From NCBI RefSeq assembly GCF_036503815.1, contig NZ_AP027764.1:2309298-2341297 (forward strand): DNA of 32,000 nt. The letters run 5' to 3'. Both the position numbers and the translations under genes were made by a program. Of the stretch, positions 21,039 through 32,000 are shown piece after piece. The notes under the pieces were generated by a model. That model was given only the letters and a program-made list of their open reading frames with translations, was not told the origin of the DNA and searched no databases. The first letter of the stretch is position 1. Every line of letters starts with the position of its first letter. Source of the stretch: Escherichia coli. GTDB taxonomy: Bacteria; Pseudomonadota; Gammaproteobacteria; Enterobacterales; Enterobacteriaceae.

Positions 21039-21059
21039 GTGATCTTTCGTGTGGGTCAC
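21039..21059 (+). promoter_or_regulatory. thrS translational operator, anticodon-arm mimic (domain 2)
   Basis: GTGATCT-TTCGTGT-GGGTCAC: 7-bp stem and 7-nt loop with CGU at anticodon positions 34-36, upstream of the thrS ATG. Confidence 0.85.
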
Positions 21060-21080
21060 CACTGCAAATAAGGATATAAA

Positions 21081-23009
21081 ATGCCTGTTATAACTCTTCC
21101 TGATGGCAGCCAACGCCATTACGACCACGCTGTAAGCCCCATGGATGTTGCGCTGGACATTGGTCCAGGTCTGGCGAAAGCCTGTATCGCAGGGCGCGTT
21201 AATGGTGAACTGGTTGATGCTTGCGATCTGATTGAAAACGACGCACAACTGTCGATCATTACCGCCAAAGACGAAGAAGGTCTGGAGATCATTCGTCACT
21301 CCTGTGCGCACCTGTTAGGGCACGCGATTAAACAACTTTGGCCGCATACCAAAATGGCAATCGGCCCGGTTATTGACAACGGTTTTTATTACGACGTTGA
21401 TCTTGACCGCACGTTAACCCAGGAAGATGTCGAAGCACTCGAGAAGCGGATGCATGAGCTTGCTGAGAAAAACTACGACGTCATTAAAAAGAAAGTCAGC
21501 TGGCACGAAGCGCGTGAAACTTTCGCCAACCGTGGGGAGAGCTACAAAGTCTCCATTCTTGACGAAAACATCGCCCATGATGACAAGCCAGGTCTGTACT
21601 TCCATGAAGAATATGTCGACATGTGCCGCGGTCCGCACGTACCGAACATGCGTTTCTGCCATCATTTCAAACTGATGAAAACGGCAGGGGCTTACTGGCG
21701 TGGCGACAGCAACAACAAAATGTTGCAACGTATTTACGGTACGGCGTGGGCAGACAAAAAAGCGCTAAACGCTTACCTGCAGCGCCTGGAAGAAGCCGCG
21801 AAACGCGACCACCGTAAAATTGGTAAACAGCTCGACCTGTACCATATGCAGGAAGAAGCGCCGGGTATGGTCTTCTGGCACAACGACGGTTGGACCATCT
21901 TCCGTGAACTGGAAGTGTTTGTTCGTTCTAAACTGAAAGAGTACCAGTATCAGGAAGTTAAAGGTCCGTTCATGATGGACCGTGTTCTGTGGGAAAAAAC
22001 CGGTCACTGGGACAACTACAAAGATGCAATGTTCACCACGTCTTCTGAGAACCGTGAATACTGCATTAAGCCGATGAACTGCCCGGGTCACGTACAAATT
22101 TTCAACCAGGGGCTGAAGTCTTATCGCGATCTGCCGCTGCGTATGGCCGAGTTTGGTAGCTGCCACCGTAACGAGCCGTCAGGTTCGCTGCATGGCCTGA
22201 TGCGTGTACGTGGTTTTACCCAGGATGACGCGCATATCTTCTGTACTGAAGAACAAATTCGCGATGAAGTTAACGGATGTATCCGTTTAGTCTATGATAT
22301 GTACAGCACTTTTGGCTTCGAGAAGATCGTCGTCAAACTCTCCACTCGTCCTGAAAAACGTATTGGCAGCGACGAAATGTGGGATCGTGCTGAGGCGGAC
22401 CTGGCAGTTGCGCTGGAAGAAAACAACATCCCGTTTGAATATCAACTGGGTGAAGGCGCTTTCTACGGTCCGAAAATTGAATTTACCCTGTATGACTGCC
22501 TCGATCGTGCATGGCAGTGCGGTACAGTACAGCTGGACTTCTCCTTGCCGTCTCGTCTGAGCGCCTCCTATGTGGGTGAAGACAACGAGCGTAAGGTACC
22601 GGTAATGATTCACCGCGCAATTCTGGGGTCGATGGAACGTTTCATCGGTATCCTGACCGAAGAATTCGCTGGTTTCTTCCCGACCTGGCTTGCGCCGGTT
22701 CAGGTTGTTATCATGAATATTACCGATTCACAGTCTGAATACGTTAACGAATTGACGCAAAAACTATCAAATGCGGGCATTCGTGTTAAAGCAGACTTGA
22801 GAAATGAGAAGATTGGCTTTAAAATCCGCGAGCACACTTTGCGTCGCGTCCCATATATGCTGGTCTGTGGTGATAAAGAGGTGGAATCAGGCAAAGTTGC
22901 CGTTCGCACCCGCCGTGGTAAAGACCTGGGTAGCATGGACGTAAATGAAGTGATCGAGAAGCTGCAACAAGAGATTCGCAGCCGCAGTCTTAAACAATTG
23001 GAGGAATAA
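21081..23009 (+). CDS. thrS: Threonyl-tRNA synthetase
   Basis: 642-aa ORF with TGS domain and class II synthetase motifs. Confidence 0.98.
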
Positions 23010-23849
<840 letters not shown>

Positions 23850-23875
23850 GCCGTTAACGTTTTTTAACTTTTTAA

Positions 23876-24259
<384 letters not shown>

Positions 24260-24265
24260 GCCAGT

Positions 24266-24292
24266 TGAAAGAGGGAGCTAGTCTCCCTCTTT
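24266..24292 (+). terminator. Terminator-like hairpin after rplT
   Basis: AAAGAGGGAG-CTAGT-CTCCCTCTTTTC. Confidence 0.7.
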
Positions 24293-24381
24293 TCGTTTCA
24301 ACGCCATCAAAACATTGACTTTTATCGCCGTAGCCTTTTCAATAAAGGTCTTTTGAAAAGTACCAAAAGGTAACGCAAGCA

Positions 24382-24426
24382 ATGAATGCTGCTATTTTCC
24401 GCTTCTTTTTTTACTTTAGCACCTGA
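24382..24426 (+). CDS. pheM: pheST operon leader peptide (14 aa, 5 Phe)
   Basis: ATG AAT GCT GCT ATT TTC CGC TTC TTT TTT TAC TTT AGC ACC TGA = [14 protein letters not shown]. Confidence 0.95.
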
Positions 24427-24431
24427 CTCCA

Positions 24432-24498
24432 GGAGGCTAGCGCGTGAGAAGAGAAACGGAAAACAGCGCCTGAAAGCCTCCCAGTGGAGGCTTTTTTT
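24432..24498 (+). terminator. pheST transcription attenuator (antiterminator arm and terminator)
   Basis: Terminator AAAGCCTCC-CAGT-GGAGGCTTTTTTT (24473 onward). The upstream GGAGGCT at about 24432 can compete for the same arm. Confidence 0.85.
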
Positions 24499-24531
24499 GT
24501 ATGCGCGTTTTGAAAAATAAAAAGCCTGTCT

Positions 24532-24654
24532 CATCAGGCGTAATTGTCGCAGCCAGTCTGGGCACGGCCAGCGCGGAGAAACCGGAGCGTACTTAAGTAC
24601 GTGAGGATTTCGAGCACTGCCCGGGTCCAAAATGGCAAGTAAAATAGCCTGATG
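24532..24654. other. Nested inverted-repeat element between phe attenuator and pheS
   Basis: CATCAGGC (24532) / GCCTGATG (24647), CTGGGCA (24558) / TGCCCGG (24618) and central palindrome GTACTTAAGTAC (24589-24600). Confidence 0.5.
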
Positions 24655-24667
24655 GGATAGGCTCTAA

Positions 24668-25693
<1,026 letters not shown>

Positions 25694-25704
25694 GGCAGGA
25701 ATAG

Positions 25705-28095
<2,391 letters not shown>

Positions 28096-28099
28096 ACCT

Positions 28100-28399
28100 A
28101 TGGCGCTTACAAAAGCTGAAATGTCAGAATATCTGTTTGATAAGCTTGGGCTTAGCAAGCGGGATGCCAAAGAACTGGTTGAACTGTTTTTCGAAGAGAT
28201 CCGTCGAGCTCTGGAAAACGGCGAACAGGTGAAACTCTCTGGTTTTGGTAACTTCGATCTGCGTGATAAGAATCAACGCCCGGGACGTAACCCGAAAACG
28301 GGCGAGGATATTCCCATTACAGCACGGCGCGTGGTGACCTTCAGACCCGGGCAGAAGTTAAAAAGCCGGGTCGAAAACGCTTCGCCCAAAGACGAGTAA
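28100..28399 (+). CDS. ihfA: Integration host factor alpha subunit
   Basis: 99-aa HU/IHF-family [55 protein letters not shown]... Confidence 0.98.
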
Positions 28400-28411
28400 T
28401 CTGATCTAACT

Positions 28412-28437
28412 AAAAAGGCCGCTCTGCGGCCTTTTTT
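28412..28437 (+). terminator. Intrinsic terminator of pheMST-ihfA
   Basis: AAAAGGCCGC-TCT-GCGGCCTTTTTT. Confidence 0.92.
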
Positions 28438-28499
28438 CTTTTCACTGTCGAAGAGTCACCGTAAAATCAACGCCATGACACTTCAGCAGAACGGATACC

Positions 28500-29480
28500 A
28501 TGCTGACACTTGCCCGCCAACAACAGCGACAAAATATTCGCTGGTTATTATGCCTGTCAGTTTTGATGCTGCTGGCGCTTCTCTTAAGCCTTTGCGCCGG
28601 TGAACAATGGATTTCGCCAGGTGACTGGTTTACTCCTCGTGGCGAACTGTTCGTCTGGCAAATTCGCCTGCCACGTACGCTGGCTGTATTGCTGGTTGGT
28701 GCGGCGCTGGCTATATCCGGCGCTGTAATGCAGGCATTGTTTGAAAATCCTCTGGCAGAACCTGGACTACTTGGCGTCTCTAACGGCGCAGGCGTAGGGC
28801 TTATCGCCGCGGTATTGCTTGGGCAAGGGCAACTCCCAAACTGGGCACTAGGGCTGTGTGCGATTGCTGGCGCGCTTATCATCACTTTAATACTCTTACG
28901 TTTTGCCCGTCGTCATCTTTCGACCAGTCGGTTATTGCTGGCTGGTGTTGCATTAGGGATTATCTGTAGCGCACTAATGACGTGGGCTATCTATTTTTCC
29001 ACCTCTGTTGATTTACGTCAGCTGATGTACTGGATGATGGGCGGTTTTGGCGGCGTAGACTGGCGGCAAAGTTGGCTGATGCTGGCATTGATCCCCGTGT
29101 TGTTGTGGATCTGTTGTCAGTCCAGACCGATGAATATGTTAGCACTTGGCGAGATCTCGGCGCGGCAACTGGGTTTACCCCTGTGGTTCTGGCGCAATGT
29201 GCTGGTGGCAGCGACCGGCTGGATGGTTGGCGTCAGTGTGGCGTTGGCGGGTGCTATCGGCTTTATTGGTCTGGTGATCCCACATATTCTCCGGTTATGT
29301 GGTTTGACCGATCATCGCGTATTACTTCCCGGCTGCGCGCTGGCAGGGGCGAGCGCATTACTGCTGGCCGATGTTGTAGCGCGCCTGGCATTAGCTGCCG
29401 CAGAGCTGCCTATTGGCGTGGTCACCGCAACGTTGGGTGCGCCGGTGTTTATCTGGTTATTGTTAAAAGCAGGACGTTAG
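28500..29480 (+). CDS. btuC: Vitamin B12 ABC transporter permease
   Basis: 326-aa FecCD/BtuC-family ORF. Confidence 0.97.
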   Translation: MLTLARQQQRQNIRWLLCLSVLMLLALLLSLCAGEQWISPGDWFTPRGELFVWQIRLPRTLAVLLVGAALAISGAVMQALFENPLAEPGLLGVSNGAGVGLIAAVLLGQGQLPNWALGLCAIAGALIITLILLRFARRHLSTSRLLLAGVALGIICSALMTWAIYFSTSVDLRQLMYWMMGGFGGVDWRQSWLMLALIPVLLWICCQSRPMNMLALGEISARQLGLPLWFWRNVLVAATGWMVGVSVALAGAIGFIGLVIPHILRLCGLTDHRVLLPGCALAGASALLLADVVARLALAAAELPIGVVTATLGAPVFIWLLLKAGR

Positions 29481-29540
29481 CCGCAAAAAGACGGTCTATG
29501 ATTAAAAGCTAAGATTTTTACTGACCACCCAGGAGAGACG

Positions 29541-30092
29541 ATGCAAGATTCCATTCTGACGACCGTAGTGAAAGATATCGACGGTGAAGTGACCACGCTG
29601 GAGAAGTACGCCGGTAATGTGCTGTTGATTGTCAATGTCGCCTCAAAGTGTGGCTTAACGCCGCAATATGAGCAGTTGGAGAATATTCAGAAAGCCTGGG
29701 CCGATCGTGGTTTTGTGGTGCTGGGATTCCCGTGCAACCAGTTTCTGGAGCAAGAACCGGGCAGCGATGAAGAGATTAAAACTTACTGCACCACTACCTG
29801 GGGGGTGACGTTCCCGATGTTCAGTAAGATTGAAGTTAATGGCGAAGGACGCCATCCGCTGTATCAAAAATTGATTGCCGCAGCGCCGACGGCAGTCGCG
29901 CCGGAAGAGAGCGGATTCTATGCCCGTATGGTCAGCAAAGGTCGTGCACCGCTGTACCCTGATGATATTTTATGGAATTTTGAGAAATTTTTAGTTGGCA
30001 GGGACGGATTGGTCATCCAGCGTTTTTCCCCGGATATGACGCCGGAAGATCCCATTGTGATGGAAAGCATTAAACTGGCGTTGGCGAAATAA
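29541..30092 (+). CDS. btuE: Thioredoxin/glutathione peroxidase BtuE
   Basis: 183-aa GPx-family ORF ([15 protein letters not shown] with Cys at the peroxidatic site). Confidence 0.97.
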
Positions 30093-30841
30093 TGTCTATT
30101 GTGATGCAGCTACAGGATGTTGCGGAATCAACCCGCCTTGGGCCGCTTTCTGGCGAGGTTCGGGCTGGGGAGATCCTGCATCTGGTGGGGCCGAATGGCG
30201 CGGGTAAGAGTACCTTACTGGCGCGAATGGCCGGAATGACCAGCGGTAAGGGAAGCATTCAGTTCGCGGGGCAACCACTGGAAGCATGGTCCGCAACAAA
30301 ACTCGCGCTGCATCGCGCCTATCTTTCACAACAACAGACGCCACCGTTTGCAATGCCGGTCTGGCACTACCTGACACTGCATCAGCACGATAAAACGCGT
30401 ACCGAACTGCTGAATGATGTCGCAGGGGCGCTGGCTCTTGATGACAAACTCGGACGTAGCACCAATCAACTTTCCGGCGGCGAATGGCAACGCGTACGTC
30501 TTGCTGCGGTGGTGCTGCAAATCACACCACAAGCCAATCCCGCAGGCCAATTACTACTTCTTGATGAGCCTATGAACAGTCTTGATGTTGCGCAACAAAG
30601 TGCGTTAGACAAAATTCTGAGCGCGCTGTGTCAGCAAGGACTGGCGATTGTTATGAGCAGTCACGATCTCAACCACACCTTGCGTCATGCGCATCGGGCG
30701 TGGTTGCTAAAAGGTGGAAAAATGCTGGCCAGTGGACGCAGAGAAGAGGTGCTCACGCCGCCAAATCTGGCGCAGGCCTATGGGATGAATTTTCGCCGTC
30801 TGGATATCGAAGGTCACAGAATGCTGATTTCGACCATCTGA
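30092..30841 (+). CDS. btuD: Vitamin B12 ABC transporter ATP-binding protein
   Basis: 249-aa ABC ATPase with Walker [10 protein letters not shown] and signature LSGGEWQR; TAATG overlap with btuE. Confidence 0.97.
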
Positions 30842-30918
30842 TTTCATTAGTATCTTGAAAATCGGGTAATTACGACGCTAAATTAATGCAAGAATAAAAA
30901 ACAGAGGAACCGTACGGA

Positions 30919-31383
30919 ATGCGTTTCTGCCTTATTTTGATCACAGCACTGTTTCTGGCCGGGTGTAGCCACCATAAAGCACCGCCGCCAAATGCCAGAC
31001 TTTCTGATTCGATTACCGTTATTGCCGGTTTGAACGACCAGCTACAGAGCTGGCATGGCACGCCGTATCGTTATGGTGGCATGACGCGGCGCGGTGTGGA
31101 CTGTTCGGGGTTTGTGGTTGTGACGATGCGCGATCGTTTCGATTTGCAGCTGCCCCGTGAAACCAAACAACAAGCCTCTATCGGCACGCAAATTGATAAA
31201 GACGAGTTGCTGCCTGGTGACCTGGTCTTTTTCAAAACGGGCTCCGGACAAAATGGTTTGCATGTAGGTATTTACGATACCAACAACCAATTTATCCACG
31301 CCTCTACCAGCAAGGGAGTGATGCGTTCCTCACTCGATAATGTCTATTGGCAGAAAAATTTCTGGCAGGCGAGACGAATCTAG
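30919..31383 (+). CDS. nlpC: NlpC/P60-family lipoprotein
   Basis: 154-aa ORF with lipobox LAGC and catalytic GVDCSGFV. Confidence 0.96.
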   Translation: MRFCLILITALFLAGCSHHKAPPPNARLSDSITVIAGLNDQLQSWHGTPYRYGGMTRRGVDCSGFVVVTMRDRFDLQLPRETKQQASIGTQIDKDELLPGDLVFFKTGSGQNGLHVGIYDTNNQFIHASTSKGVMRSSLDNVYWQKNFWQARRI

Positions 31384-31392
31384 TATGTCGAA

Positions 31393-31426
31393 AAATGGAC
31401 GGCGATGATACATCTCCGTCCATTTA
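31393..31426 (+). terminator. Long hairpin after nlpC
   Basis: AAATGGACGG-C-GATGATATCATC-T-CCGTCCATTT; nearly continuous palindrome about 10 nt downstream of the nlpC stop. Confidence 0.55.
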
Positions 31427-31629
31427 CTCCTGAATACAGTAGTATTTTACAGACAAAAATACCGTATATGGATTATTCGTTTATAATCAGGATAATCTAA
31501 TAAAAGGACCCCTGAAAAAGTGGTTAACATGGAACAAATGAAAGTTACTCCTTCTGTAATTGTTATGTCTTATGGCCTCATCCCTTTTAGCCGGATACTG
31601 AAAAACATCCTTCGAGAGGGACGGTTACC

Positions 31630-32000
31630 ATGAAGATTTTTTTGGAGAATCTTTATCATTCTGATTGCTATTTCCTGCCGATAAGAGATAACCAGCAAGA
31701 CCTTGTCGGCGTTGAGTTAATTACCCATTTCTCCAGTGAAGATGGTACGGTTCGTATACCGACGAGTCGGGTTATAGCGCAACTTACCGAGGAGCAACAT
31801 TGGCAATTATTTTCTGAGCAGTTGGAATTGCTAAAATCATGCCAACACTTTTTTATTCAACATAAACTCTTTGCCTGGCTTAATTTAACCCCACAAGTGG
31901 CTACTTTATTATTAGACAGGGATAATTACGCGGGCGAACTATTAAAATATCCGTTTATTGAACTGTTGATTAATGAGAATTACCCGCATCTCGATGAAGG
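31630..32000 (+). CDS. ydiV: EAL-like anti-FlhDC factor YdiV (RflP), truncated by window edge
   Basis: MKIFLENLYHSDCYFLPIRDNQQDLVGVELITHFSSEDGTVRIPTSRVIAQLTEEQHWQLF...; degenerate EAL family. Absent from the ORF track because no stop occurs before the edge. Confidence 0.95.
   Translation, partial: MKIFLENLYHSDCYFLPIRDNQQDLVGVELITHFSSEDGTVRIPTSRVIAQLTEEQHWQLFSEQLELLKSCQHFFIQHKLFAWLNLTPQVATLLLDRDNYAGELLKYPFIELLINENYPHLDE

Noticed and set aside
29541-30092. Possible selenocysteine codon in the GPx-like btuE
   Set aside because: The peroxidatic position is encoded by a normal Cys codon (TCAAAGTGTGGC = S-K-C-G) and there is no in-frame TGA.

Overview
This window reads as an ordinary Escherichia coli (or very close relative) chromosomal segment, with the gene order of the K-12 katE-pheST-btuCED region. 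The order is cho(partial)-nadE-osmE-chbBCARFG-katE-cedA-ydjO-tcyP-ydjM-hxpB(yniC)-yniB-yniA-ydiZ-pfkB-ydiY-yniD-arpB-thrS-infC-rpmI-rplT-pheM-pheS-pheT-ihfA-btuC-btuE-btuD-nlpC-ydiV(partial). I found no phage, transposon, CRISPR array or multi-gene defence-like island. The least ordinary protein is a full-length 632-aa ArpB. I recall this locus as a split pseudogene in K-12. It carries a candidate Cys-His-Asp (papain-like, EspL/OspD/ShET2-like) N-terminal region and C-terminal repeats with an exact 48-residue period. Other items worth a second look: an attenuator-like or sRNA-like terminated leader in front of ydiY, an unlisted 34-aa ORF overlapping the ydiV start codon by ATGA, a probable tcyP terminator inside the ydjO coding sequence, and a nested-palindrome element between the phe attenuator and pheS. 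Textbook regulatory elements are directly visible: SOS boxes at cho and ydjM, the ChiX target in chbBC, the thrS tRNA-mimic operator, the AUU start of infC, and the pheM attenuator. Identifications come from recalled family and gene knowledge, not database searches. Coordinates of short motifs were counted by hand and may be off by 1-2 nt.
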